Of a stretch of DNA of 64,000 nucleotides, positions 47,103 to 56,620 are shown one piece after another. Source of the stretch: a virus (lineage: Duplodnaviria; Caudoviricetes); the IMG/VR virus record IMGVR_UViG_3300033076_001341, positions 63,940 to 127,939 of that record; one strand, 5' to 3'. Below the pieces are notes generated by a model. That model saw only the letters and a list, made by a program, of their open reading frames with translations, made no database searches and was not told the DNA's origin. Positions within the stretch are counted from its first letter, which is position 1, and each line of letters starts with the position of its first letter. The position numbers and the translations under genes were made by a program.

Positions 47103-47336
47103 ATGAAAAAATTACTAGAAATATTCAAAGGTGACAAAGGCGAGTTCTCAAGCAAGCGCTTTGTCGGAATCATTGGTGCGTTCGTATTGTTCGGCACCAT
47201 GGCACACAACTCTATGAGTCCTGCGGAGATCGCTCCCAGCGCTGAACTAGTCCAGGCAGTGGAATGGGTAACCATCCTGACCCTCGGATTTACCTCTGTT
47301 GACAAGTTCAGCGGTAAGAAAAACGAAGAAGGGTAA
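47103..47336 (+). CDS. holin-like two-TM protein, paralog of 3268-3555
   Basis: Shares LLE, G..S.K, N...P....PS..L and VDKFS with the 3268 protein. Confidence 0.65.
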   Translation: MKKLLEIFKGDKGEFSSKRFVGIIGAFVLFGTMAHNSMSPAEIAPSAELVQAVEWVTILTLGFTSVDKFSGKKNEEG

Positions 47337-47340
47337 TCTC

Positions 47341-47742
47341 TTACCCTTCCATCTGTTCTACTTCTATCCCTGCGCGTTGCAGGAGTCTTAACCCAGTATC
47401 ATCCCGGTACTGGGTTTTGTATATAAAATGGGTGATGCCCGATTGAATAATCATCTTGGCGCACTCCACGCAGCAGCTGTGCGTGCAGAAGATCGTTGCT
47501 CCCTCGGTAGATTCCGTAGAGCGTGCTGCTTTGAAAATAGCGTTTGCTTCGGCATGCACCACTTCGGGAATCGTGACGTTGTCACACTCACACGCATTTG
47601 GGAATCCTGAAGGCGTACCGTTCCATCCGTAAGCAATGATATTCTTGTCCCGGACAATGACTGCCCCGACGTTTAAGCGCAGGCATTTAGATTCTTTTGC
47701 GATCCGCTCTGCCAGATCCATGTATAATGTTGCGTGTTTCAT
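47341..47742 (-). CDS. dCMP deaminase
   Basis: VGAVIV, GWNGTPSG, HAEANA, CVECAKMIIQSGI. Confidence 0.92.
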   Translation of the reverse strand: MKHATLYMDLAERIAKESKCLRLNVGAVIVRDKNIIAYGWNGTPSGFPNACECDNVTIPEVVHAEANAIFKAARSTESTEGATIFCTHSCCVECAKMIIQSGITHFIYKTQYRDDTGLRLLQRAGIEVEQMEG

Positions 47743-47745
47743 GCA

Positions 47746-48171
47746 TTAAAGGTTGCTTTTGGGGATAATGACGGATTTCTCGGACAATGCCTGGAAGTTG
47801 CGTCTGACTTGATCGGAGATGGGAATGGGTCCGCCTTCATCGTCGATGCGCACAAAGGTCATGTGCGTGCTCAGGATCACGGTCTCCTCTTCGGTGAAGA
47901 CGTTGTAGACACGCGCCTGCACTTCAAAGATAGCGCTCGTTGTTCCCACGTGGGTCATCTGTGCGTAGATCTTCACCAGGTTGCCTTCCTTGGCAGGTCG
48001 CTTGAAGACCAGTTTGTCAATGGCGATGGTCACCATGTTCTTGCTGTGTGCGCATTCCATAGCGTAGGCAGCCACTGCTGCATCTACCCAGGAGAGAAGC
48101 TTTCCTCCAAAGAGGTTTCCGTGGAAGCCAAGGTCAAGCTTCTTCACGGGGTGTGTAGAGAGTAATTTCAT
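47746..48171 (-). CDS. acyl-CoA thioesterase (hotdog fold, YciA-like)
   Basis: HGNLFGGKLLSWVD, VTIAIDKLVFKRP, VGTTS, TFVRID. Confidence 0.88.
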   Translation of the reverse strand: MKLLSTHPVKKLDLGFHGNLFGGKLLSWVDAAVAAYAMECAHSKNMVTIAIDKLVFKRPAKEGNLVKIYAQMTHVGTTSAIFEVQARVYNVFTEEETVILSTHMTFVRIDDEGGPIPISDQVRRNFQALSEKSVIIPKSNL

Positions 48172-48318
48172 GGATGGGTTGGTTGCTGCTGCGCAGACTC
48201 ATCGGTCTGGCAGGTTTCGCCGTTGCAACAAGGCACGACGTTGGTGTGACAAACGGAGCATTGATAATGTCCGTGTACAAAAACCAGGGAGGACGTGCTT
48301 CCGCACATCAGACAAAAA

Positions 48319-48825
48319 TCAATCCCAGTGTCTGTTGTATCGCTCATAGTAAAACTCGATCATGTCTTCGTAAAACACTTCACCCACATACTGGCACTTA
48401 AAGATGCTGTCGTAGCGCTCGAATGCGGCGGTGGTGATGATGTCTTTGGGGTCGATCCCTTCGGCAATCATCATTTCAGTAATCCAGGTGTAGTTATTTC
48501 CAGAAAGGACAGCTGCTTCTACCAGGATATACTTTCGTTTGCTTTGCTTGAGGTGACGCAGCATCAAAAAGAATTCTTGCTTATAGATCACATCCAGTTC
48601 GTCCGGATAGGGAACATCCACGTTCACCACGTCCATCAGCTCCCCAGCATGACTCATCTGGTGCGCCATACGCTGGGCAACAATGGAGGAGTAATCCGGA
48701 CTGACGTTCAGGATCACCGCGTTGGTCGGATTAAAATCCGGACTGTGCGCTGCATACACCAGGTGGCAGATACGCCCGATTGCCTCGTTGTCGGCGTATA
48801 AATCAATAAACTTATTCTTGGACAT
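48319..48825 (-). CDS. phosphoribosyltransferase-like protein
   Basis: YILVEAAVLSGNNY resembles the PRPP-binding loop; start MSKNK. Confidence 0.55.
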   Translation of the reverse strand: MSKNKFIDLYADNEAIGRICHLVYAAHSPDFNPTNAVILNVSPDYSSIVAQRMAHQMSHAGELMDVVNVDVPYPDELDVIYKQEFFLMLRHLKQSKRKYILVEAAVLSGNNYTWITEMMIAEGIDPKDIITTAAFERYDSIFKCQYVGEVFYEDMIEFYYERYNRHWD

Positions 48826-49201
48826 CTTCTGTAGACTCTTCAGGTATTTCCGAACTACCCATTTCATATGTTCCTTCGCGATTGGTGAATCGATCCCAGG
48901 TGGTATGGCACTCCGGACACTGATGCATGACGGTTCCGTCGTAGGCACCCCGGATTTCAATACCCATAATGTTGCTGAAGGACACGGGTTTTTCCGCAGT
49001 CCAGCCGTACATCGCTGCAATCCGCTCTGCTTCTGCCTCTATGTCCTCTACTGCGTTGGGTTGCTCGCTCAGGTACTTTAAGAAATGCATCTTCACGTCC
49101 TCGCCGGCAAAGTCAAAGTTGCATTTGGGACACTTGCCGTGGATACTTTCCAGGATGGTCCCGCCTTCTACGGGAACAAACTTAAATTCTTGTACTTCCA
49201 T
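48812..49201 (-). CDS. Zn-ribbon protein
   Basis: CPKC ... YDG..QCPEC. Confidence 0.65.
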   Translation of the reverse strand: MEVQEFKFVPVEGGTILESIHGKCPKCNFDFAGEDVKMHFLKYLSEQPNAVEDIEAEAERIAAMYGWTAEKPVSFSNIMGIEIRGAYDGTVMHQCPECHTTWDRFTNREGTYEMGSSEIPEESTEDVQE

Positions 49202-49289
49202 GACTACAAATTTAGAGAACTTTAAGGTTAAATTTGTAGAGTTTAAACTTTTTTTGTAGATTTGTAATGAAGACCTATTAGAAAGACCA

Positions 49290-49514
49290 ATGGACGATAC
49301 CCAAAAAACCCCGACCCTGGATGAAATGAAAGCGTTCTACGAAGAGCAGCTTCCATTCCTGGAAGTGCAACTCCGCTACGCTACCCTGAAAAAGGAAATC
49401 CAACAAGCTGACGCAGAACGCATCGAAGCAATTGCCAAGATTGCGTACCTCAAAGGCAACATGCAAAACATGGCTGCTGCAGAAACGGAAGGAACTGATC
49501 AATCTCCTGAGTAA
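49290..49514 (+). CDS. hypothetical protein
   Basis: 74-aa ORF with TAGATTTG upstream. Confidence 0.65.
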   Translation: MDDTQKTPTLDEMKAFYEEQLPFLEVQLRYATLKKEIQQADAERIEAIAKIAYLKGNMQNMAAAETEGTDQSPE

Positions 49515-49624
49515 ATCATGAAAGAAGTTGCGCTCTCTATCCTTGTGGTGATCCTATTCATAGGTGTCTGCCTGCAGATCATAGAAAGCGACGACGACCA
49601 ACACTATCCTCCTTTTCAACCGTA

Positions 49625-50008
49625 ATGCAAGTAACCAAAATCACCAAGAAGCTGCGGGTATCGCGACAGGACATGTTGCGGTGCCAGCTGCTTATGGAGA
49701 TCGCTTTTCTCAAGCGAGAGCATGTGATCCCCAGTGATCTGGAGTTTCTCACACTGCTTGCGCTGTGGGGACCGATGGATCTGACCCTTTTCTGCGAGAA
49801 AGCAGCTATTCATGTCTACACCGATGTAGACCCCTATGATCTGCCCAAGCGTTCGCAAAATGTTCGCAACCGGGTAGTGAAGCTGGAGAAACGCGGTTTG
49901 ATGATCAAACAGAAAAAAGGCAAGAAGCAGGTCATGGTTGCTCCCGAACTCGTTCGTACCGACGCCGGCGCTGTGCTGCTGGATTATCAGTTCTTAACCA
50001 TTGAGTAA
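49625..50008 (+). CDS. winged-helix-like protein
   Basis: SQNVRNRVVKLEKRGLMIK. Confidence 0.6.
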   Translation: MQVTKITKKLRVSRQDMLRCQLLMEIAFLKREHVIPSDLEFLTLLALWGPMDLTLFCEKAAIHVYTDVDPYDLPKRSQNVRNRVVKLEKRGLMIKQKKGKKQVMVAPELVRTDAGAVLLDYQFLTIE

Positions 50009-50011
50009 ACG

Positions 50012-50377
50012 ATGAAACCCACGCGTGTTAAAGACATCGTATCCCCTCTTGCGCACAAGCATGGTCTGACCACCGAACAGGCAGATCAGATTGTTCGCGC
50101 CTACTGGTCCTTTGTCCGGGAGAAGTTGGGAGAGATTACGCACCCGCGTGTGCTCCTGCCGAACCTGGGAACCTTTACGGTGAAACCCTGGAGTCTGCAA
50201 AAGCGCATCACCAGTGTCAGTCGATACATCGACTACCTGTTGCCGCAGCATTCTACCAGCAGTTACGCCATCCTCAAGGAACGCGAGAAAGATTACGAAC
50301 GCCTTCAACAGCTGCAGCAATTGCTGGACGAAGAGTTGGAAAACAAGAAAGCATTTAAAGAAAGCAAACAAGCATGA
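50012..50377 (+). CDS. HU/IHF-like DNA-binding protein
   Basis: DIVSPLAHKHGLT...IV..YW..V...L......VLLPNLGTF. Confidence 0.7.
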   Translation: MKPTRVKDIVSPLAHKHGLTTEQADQIVRAYWSFVREKLGEITHPRVLLPNLGTFTVKPWSLQKRITSVSRYIDYLLPQHSTSSYAILKEREKDYERLQQLQQLLDEELENKKAFKESKQA

Positions 50378-50682
50378 AATCACTGATAACAATCTGGAAG
50401 GAAAAAGGAAACATTCTGGAAGGAATTCAAAACTCCATCTTCAGTAAGCAGGATGTAGAGATCATTGCGGAAAAGCGCATGAGCATTTGCGAGGGATGCG
50501 TCAACCTGGATACCAACGGCAACCATTGTCTGGTTCCCGGAACACAACCCTGCTGCTCCAAGTGCGGCTGCAAACTCGCCTGGAAGACACGAGCACTGTC
50601 AAGTGAGTGTCCGATAGGCAACTGGAAAGCAGAAGTCTCTCAGGACGAAGAAGACCAGATCAACAAACAACTTGGACTATAG
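50374..50682 (+). CDS. Cys-rich hypothetical protein
   Basis: RMSICEGC, CSKCGC, KTR, CPIGNW. Confidence 0.7.
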   Translation: MKSLITIWKEKGNILEGIQNSIFSKQDVEIIAEKRMSICEGCVNLDTNGNHCLVPGTQPCCSKCGCKLAWKTRALSSECPIGNWKAEVSQDEEDQINKQLGL

Positions 50683-50721
50683 GATTTCCCTCCGGGATGT
50701 CCGACACGTTCTTTGATTTAT

Positions 50722-51097
50722 GGGGATGAAATGGATTCGACAGCATTGTCGGGGACATGTACACATGCAGAGAGATGATACTGTTCTCTATAATCACGTA
50801 TTACACTAATTAAACGGCAACGTAGAATTATCTGAAATGACTTTTGAAGACGCTATCGCATTCGTTGGTGAATACGAAATGGCAGCCTAAGTCGCGGGGA
50901 GTCATCCCTGGGAACAGAAAATGACACACGAGTATCACGGTTCCTGGACCTAAACCAGGTGGTGGAATCTGACTTCGGTCAACCCTACGGTGCAGACCAT
51001 ATCGTTGACATCAACGAAATGATCAGTACTAAGCATGTAAGATGTACATATCTGCTGCTTTGACTGGACGGCGGTTCGATACCGCCCATCTCCACCA
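50722..51097 (+). ncRNA. ssrA: tmRNA; predicted tag (A)GNVELSEMTFEDAIAFVGEYEMAA* at 50816-50890
   Basis: 5' GGGGATG...GGATTCGAC; 3' GGCGG-TTCGATA-CCGCC-CATCTCC-ACCA; G3:U70 pair; TAAAC before the resume codon; tag ends AA-stop. Confidence 0.92.
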
Positions 51098-51225
51098 AAC
51101 CGTTTCGGCGTTACAGGTGAAAGTGGTGCGCCGCGATACCCTGCCCTGGTAAGTAACCAGGGGAACCTGACCTGCAGTCGCGACTGAGGTAAACCACCAA
51201 CTGGGAGTTTGCGGTGCTCCTAACA

Positions 51226-51300
51226 GCTTCTTAAGCATTGCTGGCGATGCGCGTGATTTGTACCCACGTGAACCTGGTTCGATTCCGGGAAGAAGCTCCA
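51226..51300 (+). tRNA. trnT: tRNA-Thr(TGT)
   Basis: GCTTCTT/AAGAAGC-T-CCA; loop TTTGTAC; CCTGG-TTCGATT-CCGGG; one mismatch in the anticodon stem. Confidence 0.8.
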
Positions 51301-51318
51301 ACCTTAATAACCAACAAT

Positions 51319-51564
51319 ATGAGAACAGAAACAACAACACGAGAACTAACCTACGGTGAGAAAGCCGTTGGGTTGACGTTCAACCCTGGCGGACACGCAC
51401 AGGTCAATGAGATCAAGAAGGACTTTGCTTTAGTCATTGATCACATCAATTTCATTCGCGAGAACTCCAGCGACGCTGAAGTGAAACGCATGTGTTCCAT
51501 TGCCATCACTGAAGCGCAGACCGCACAGATGTGGGCAGTAAAAGCAGCAACCTGGACTAAGTAA
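51319..51564 (+). CDS. Acb2/Tad1-like helical hairpin protein (candidate immune-signal sponge)
   Basis: R..SIAITEAQTAQMWAVKA resembles the Tad1/Acb2-type C-terminal helix. Confidence 0.6.
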   Translation: MRTETTTRELTYGEKAVGLTFNPGGHAQVNEIKKDFALVIDHINFIRENSSDAEVKRMCSIAITEAQTAQMWAVKAATWTK

Positions 51565-51565
51565 C

Positions 51566-51859
51566 ATGAGTGAATTTAAAATATTGGGAAGCCGCATCCT
51601 GGTGACGGTCCCAGCCGCCCCTGAGTCAACCATCGAATTGACCGACGAAGTAAAAGCACAACTCCACGTAGAGTTCGTGCAGAAATTAAAATCTCTGGAA
51701 GTATTTGCAATCGGCACCGACGTGACGGCTGTAAGTGTTGGTGAGAAAGTGTTTGTTCCCAGCAACATCGTGATGCACGCCGATAAGGTAATTATCGGAG
51801 ACTCGGTGAAGCTGATGGTAGCAGAACGCGACATCGCCATCATCTGGAAAGAAAACTAA
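51566..51859 (+). CDS. groES: GroES-like co-chaperonin
   Basis: FKILGSRILV, VFAIGTDVTAVSVGEKV, ERDIAII. Confidence 0.75.
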   Translation: MSEFKILGSRILVTVPAAPESTIELTDEVKAQLHVEFVQKLKSLEVFAIGTDVTAVSVGEKVFVPSNIVMHADKVIIGDSVKLMVAERDIAIIWKEN

Positions 51860-51865
51860 ACCACT

Positions 51866-52192
51866 ATGACAGAAAGTTATTTGACATACGAACCCCTCAA
51901 TGGTGCAACGTTTGACTTCGGACAAGCAATTCGCTTGATGAAGCAAGGACATAAAGTTGCCAGGCAAGGTTGGAACGGCAAAGACATGTGGATCGCTCTT
52001 GGACAAGGTAACCCTGCACTTGCTGCAGAGAGTTTCTGGAACGAGCATACCCGTGCATTTGCAGAGAGTAATGGCGGCAGTGCGGAAGTACTCCCTTATA
52101 TATTGTTCAAAACCGCTGACAACAAAGTGTTGATGGGATGGTTGGCATCCCAGACGGACATTTTGAGTGAGGATTGGGTAATCAGTAAATAA
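51866..52192 (+). CDS. tad2: DUF2829 / Tad2 (Thoeris anti-defence 2) family protein
   Basis: FGQAIRLMKQGHKVARQGWNGKDMWI ... GWLASQTDILSEDW. Confidence 0.85.
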   Translation: MTESYLTYEPLNGATFDFGQAIRLMKQGHKVARQGWNGKDMWIALGQGNPALAAESFWNEHTRAFAESNGGSAEVLPYILFKTADNKVLMGWLASQTDILSEDWVISK

Positions 52193-52194
52193 CC

Positions 52195-52479
52195 ATGACA
52201 TACAAACTGTACAATCGAATCCCTGAAACAGTTGCGGCACTGAAGTTTACCGGCAACAATGTAACACAGACCAAGCATTTCCTGGAACCCAACGAATACC
52301 AGGTCCGGGTGATTGGTGAAGATGTCTTTGAAGTGGACGTTCCAACGCGCCACGGCATGGTCAGCATTGGAAAAGGTGATTGGATTGTGCGGCAACTCAA
52401 TGGAGAAATTGATGTGTTCACTTCGGAACGATTTAAAAAGTTGTTCCAGGATTCTGGTGAGCGCATTGAGTTTGACTAA
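52195..52479 (+). CDS. conserved small phage protein
   Basis: P.TVAALKFTGNN ... GDWIVR...GE.......F.K.F. Confidence 0.65.
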   Translation: MTYKLYNRIPETVAALKFTGNNVTQTKHFLEPNEYQVRVIGEDVFEVDVPTRHGMVSIGKGDWIVRQLNGEIDVFTSERFKKLFQDSGERIEFD

Positions 52480-52515
52480 ACCTGCTCGTCCCACAGCAGT
52501 GATGTGGGACAATAT

Positions 52516-52586
52516 TGCGCGGTAGTGTAGCGGTAACACGCAGGACTCATGATCCTGTACCGGAGGTTCGATTCCTCCCTGCGCAA
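52516..52586 (+). tRNA. trnM: tRNA-Met(CAT)
   Basis: TGCGCGG/CTGCGCA-A; GTGT/ACAC D stem; CAGGA-CTCATGA-TCCTG; GGAGG-TTCGATT-CCTCC. Confidence 0.85.
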
Positions 52587-52599
52587 CTAGTCTAACCCT

Positions 52600-53439
52600 A
52601 TGGACGTGTTAATATTTGAACCCCAAACCCACAGTTACATATCGCCGGAAACGGATATTGACTGGATCAGTGTAACCACACTCTTATCCAACTTCAAGAA
52701 ACCTTTTGACGGAAAAAGCATCGCTGCAAAGAGTGCTAAGAATGCAAAAGGTAAATGGTATGGGATGAGTGTAGAAGACATTCAAAAAGCATGGAAAGCA
52801 GAAGCAGACCGTGCCTGTGACCTTGGTACCTACTACCACAACCAGCGTGAAGAAGAACTCTTGAGTTTCAAGACCATCGTGAAGCAAGGCGTTGAGTTGC
52901 CGGTGATTCCTCCCATCTACGATGAGCAGGGTCGCAAGATGGCACCCTCTCAGAAACTGGGAGATGGTATTTATCCTGAACACATGGTGTACCTGCGCTC
53001 TGCGGGCGTATGCGGTCAAAGTGACCTGGTAGAAGTGATTGATGGAAAAGTCTATATCACTGACTACAAGACCAATAAGGAAATCAAACGTCAGAGCTTC
53101 AAGAACTGGGAAGGGATCAGCGAGAAAATGCTTGCACCGGTCTCGCACCTCGATGACTGCAACTACAATCACTACAACCTGCAGCTTTCCATCTACATGT
53201 ACATGATCCTCAAACACAATCCTAAACTGGAGTTTGGTGATCTGATCATCCGCCATGTCACCTTCCACGAGAAAGATCAAAAAGACATGTACGGATTTCC
53301 GGTGACACTCCAGGACGAGAACGGCAAACCCATCGTCAAGGACAGTATCGAATACCACATGCCTTACCTGCGCGATGAAGTCATCTCCATCATGCACGCC
53401 GTTCAGGACAACCCCTACAGATACAAAAAACGCAAATGA
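52600..53439 (+). CDS. PD-(D/E)XK nuclease
   Basis: SVTT, GT..H, E, GQSDLV, DYKT, YNLQLSIY. Confidence 0.85.
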   Translation: MDVLIFEPQTHSYISPETDIDWISVTTLLSNFKKPFDGKSIAAKSAKNAKGKWYGMSVEDIQKAWKAEADRACDLGTYYHNQREEELLSFKTIVKQGVELPVIPPIYDEQGRKMAPSQKLGDGIYPEHMVYLRSAGVCGQSDLVEVIDGKVYITDYKTNKEIKRQSFKNWEGISEKMLAPVSHLDDCNYNHYNLQLSIYMYMILKHNPKLEFGDLIIRHVTFHEKDQKDMYGFPVTLQDENGKPIVKDSIEYHMPYLRDEVISIMHAVQDNPYRYKKRK

Positions 53440-53954
53440 TCCGATTATTCGATGTCCAAAATGGTGTAGTTGTTCCCACAGAACATTGCTACACACTTCC
53501 GACGCTGCACGGACTGATGAAGCATTATCCGGATGACTACATTAAGATCTATGCGTACCTGTTTTACATGTCCTGTCCAAACCCCGATACCAACCCATTC
53601 TTTGATTTACCAGAAAGCGAGAAGGAAACCATCATCCTTCGGGAGATTGATGCCGACTTCTCTGTAGAAGACCTGGAGATCATCAAAGCACTGGCGTTCT
53701 GTAAAAAGTTATACGAGACACCTACCATGCGTGCTTACATGGGTATTAAGACCATGCTGGACCGACTGGCGACGTATATGGAGAAAACGCCCATCGAACA
53801 CGGTCGCGACGGAAACATCAACTCGATGGTAAACGCTGCGGCAAAATTTGAAGCAATCCGCGCCTCTTTCAAAGGTGCATACAAAGACTTGCAGGAAGAA
53901 CAGAAAGGTCACACCCGTGGTGGCGCACAGTTGTCCTATGATCAAATGAGATAA
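53436..53954 (+). CDS. hypothetical protein upstream of the terminase
   Basis: 172-aa ORF with C-terminal RGG. Confidence 0.7.
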   Translation: MIRLFDVQNGVVVPTEHCYTLPTLHGLMKHYPDDYIKIYAYLFYMSCPNPDTNPFFDLPESEKETIILREIDADFSVEDLEIIKALAFCKKLYETPTMRAYMGIKTMLDRLATYMEKTPIEHGRDGNINSMVNAAAKFEAIRASFKGAYKDLQEEQKGHTRGGAQLSYDQMR

Positions 53955-54157
53955 TGAACGAGCACATTCTTTACACCTGGGTATTTCACTACAACACCCA
54001 CACAAAATTGTGGTACGCTTTCCACCGCGAAGATTACCGCGCTTACTGGAACGGTGAACAGACCAAGTTCCCCGTCATCAAATCAAAAGACCACAGTGTG
54101 CTGGTGCAAATCCTGGAGCATACCAAAGGAGATCCTATAATGATTGAAAAACTATGA
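53954..54157 (+). CDS. hypothetical protein
   Basis: Coupled ORF; WVFHYN...W.A..R. Confidence 0.6.
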   Translation: MNEHILYTWVFHYNTHTKLWYAFHREDYRAYWNGEQTKFPVIKSKDHSVLVQILEHTKGDPIMIEKL

Positions 54158-54411
54158 GCACAAATACTATACAGGAAGTAAGCGTTGTCAATGATTTTCT
54201 TTTCAAAGAAATGCTTTTCAGCAGTGAAGGTCAACAAACCCGCATCCCCTTTACCCAGGTCAAAAACATGAAAGACCATGAGGTGATCAATTACCTCATT
54301 GACTTTTTTGCAGAAGCTCGTCCGGGATGGGGAGGCAAAATGCTGTCCACCAAAGCACTTAAAGGATTGTATGCAGTGGTTGCTGTGAAGATCCAGGAGA
54401 TTCATGAGTGA
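54154..54411 (+). CDS. hypothetical protein
   Basis: Coupled ORF. Confidence 0.55.
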   Translation: MSTNTIQEVSVVNDFLFKEMLFSSEGQQTRIPFTQVKNMKDHEVINYLIDFFAEARPGWGGKMLSTKALKGLYAVVAVKIQEIHE

Positions 54412-56620
54412 ATTCTTAGAGAACATACCTACCTACGACGGCGCAACAGATACCTGGAGCACGACTTCGTTTGCTTCCCGCAAGGAGTTTACGGAGTTTC
54501 TATGGTCGATCTGGAAGCAACCGGGTGAGTACGACTTTGACGAGACGTCTTTTAAGTTTAACCAGGAAGGTAACCGTTGGAAAAAAGACGGTGTGTACTG
54601 CCTGGCACCGTTTCGGTCTAAGGACTTCATGGACTACTGGGACGAACAAAAGGAGCGCTGCCGCAAAGGGGTCATCTACAAGGGACTCCATGGACAAAGC
54701 TGGTTTCTGAACCGCGATTATTACATGTGGTTGAACTTCCTGCCGATCTATAACAAAGAGATTGGTAAGTTCTCCTTTGCCGATGTCCGGGATGCGCAGT
54801 ATCACATGCAGCTCTATGAGTGTATTGCTGAGTGGTCCTACAAACATGCAGCGATTCTGAAGAAACGTCAGATCGCTTCTTCGTACTATCATGCTGCCAA
54901 GATCGTCAACCTCTTCTGGTTTGAAGAAGGTGCAGTCAATAAGATGGCGGGATCGCTTAAGGATTACATCAACGAAAAAGGTACCTGGCGTTTCCTGGAA
55001 GAATACCGAAACTTCCTGAACGAACATACAGCGTGGTATCGTCCCTGTAACCCAGATAAAGTACTCAACTGGGAACAGAAAGTAGAAGTCAACACCGGGG
55101 GTCGTAAGAAAGACGTGGGATTAAAATCCGTGTTGATCGGACTGTCCCTGGATAAAGATCCAACCAATGGTGTCGGTGGTCCCTGTAAGTTTTTCTTTCA
55201 TGAGGAAGCAGGTATTGCTCCCAAGATGAACGAAACACTGGAGTACTTGCTACCAGCACTTAAGTCCGGTATGATTTACACCGGAATGTTTGCCGTTGCC
55301 GGATCTGTCGGTGATCTGGAGCAGTGCGAACCGCTCAAGGAACTTATCCTGCAACCCGACAGTAAAGACATCCTTGCAGTAGAAACCAACCTGATTGACA
55401 GCAAAGGTGCCGTGGGGATGTGTGGACTGTTTATTCCGGAGCAGTGGAGCATGCTTCCCTGCATTGACCGCTTCGGAAACTCCCTCGTTGAACAGGCAAT
55501 GCAGCTCATTGCGGAGGAGCGCGAAGACTGGAAGCGTAAGATGAAGCCAGGGGATTACCAGCTGCGTATCTCTCAGAAACCTACCAACATTGAAGAAGCG
55601 TTTGCCTACCGCAAACAAAGTGTTTTTCCGCAACACCTGGTCTCTCAGCAGATCCGTCGCATCGAGGAGAAAGAATATTTCTACGAACACATAGAGCTGG
55701 AACGTACTGACCAGGGTAAGATCACGGCAAAGGGTACACGAAAGCTTCCCATCCGGGAATTTCCGATCTCACCAAAAACCGAAAACAAACAGGGTGCAAT
55801 TGAAGTCTACGAGCGACCCATCCAGGATGCGCCGTGGGGAACCTATTACGCCTCGATGGACCCGGTTCGAGATGGAAAGACAACGACCAGTGATTCACTG
55901 TGCTCACTGTTGATTTACAAAAACCCGCTGGAGCGCATCATCCACAAATCCGATGGTAGCATCGAACACGTCATTGAGCAAGATAAACTGGTTGCCACAT
56001 GGTGCGGTCGATACGATGACATCAATGACACGCACGAACTCTGCGAGCTGCTCATCGAATGGTATGGTGCCTGGACGGTTTGCGAGAACAACGTAACGGG
56101 GTTCATACAACACATGATCCGCAAGCGTAAGCAAAAGTACCTGGTACCCAAAAACCAGATTGCCTTCCTCAAAGACCTCGGCAGCAACACTAACGTGTTC
56201 CAGGATTACGGGTGGCGCAACGTCGGTACCATCTTTAAGACCAATCTCCTGGAGTATGGTATCCAATATCTGAGCGAGAAGATCGACGAAGAAGTGGACA
56301 CTGAAGGAAACATCAAGGGTGTACGCTATGGTGTGGAACGCATCACCGACATCATGATCCTAAAAGAGATGCAGGCATACCGCGATGGTGTCAACGTCGA
56401 TAGACTGGTTGCCTACTGCGCACTGATTGCCTTTGCTAAAGTGCAGCAGTCTAACCGGGGAACTGCAAAAAAAGTCGAACATGAAAACCAAGACAGCAAA
56501 CAAATGTCAAATAATATGAGTAAATTAAATATGACCCCCTTCCGTAACATCGGCAGGAATAAACCTGTTGTTGACGATCGTTACAAAGTCAAACGCAATC
56601 CGTATAAGAACCTCCGCTAA
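54404..56620 (+). CDS. terL: terminase large subunit
   Basis: LKKRQIASSY, FFHEEAG, GSVGD, nuclease MDP..SDS, ENN, NVDRL. Confidence 0.9.
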   Translation: MSEFLENIPTYDGATDTWSTTSFASRKEFTEFLWSIWKQPGEYDFDETSFKFNQEGNRWKKDGVYCLAPFRSKDFMDYWDEQKERCRKGVIYKGLHGQSWFLNRDYYMWLNFLPIYNKEIGKFSFADVRDAQYHMQLYECIAEWSYKHAAILKKRQIASSYYHAAKIVNLFWFEEGAVNKMAGSLKDYINEKGTWRFLEEYRNFLNEHTAWYRPCNPDKVLNWEQKVEVNTGGRKKDVGLKSVLIGLSLDKDPTNGVGGPCKFFFHEEAGIAPKMNETLEYLLPALKSGMIYTGMFAVAGSVGDLEQCEPLKELILQPDSKDILAVETNLIDSKGAVGMCGLFIPEQWSMLPCIDRFGNSLVEQAMQLIAEEREDWKRKMKPGDYQLRISQKPTNIEEAFAYRKQSVFPQHLVSQQIRRIEEKEYFYEHIELERTDQGKITAKGTRKLPIREFPISPKTENKQGAIEVYERPIQDAPWGTYYASMDPVRDGKTTTSDSLCSLLIYKNPLERIIHKSDGSIEHVIEQDKLVATWCGRYDDINDTHELCELLIEWYGAWTVCENNVTGFIQHMIRKRKQKYLVPKNQIAFLKDLGSNTNVFQDYGWRNVGTIFKTNLLEYGIQYLSEKIDEEVDTEGNIKGVRYGVERITDIMILKEMQAYRDGVNVDRLVAYCALIAFAKVQQSNRGTAKKVEHENQDSKQMSNNMSKLNMTPFRNIGRNKPVVDDRYKVKRNPYKNLR

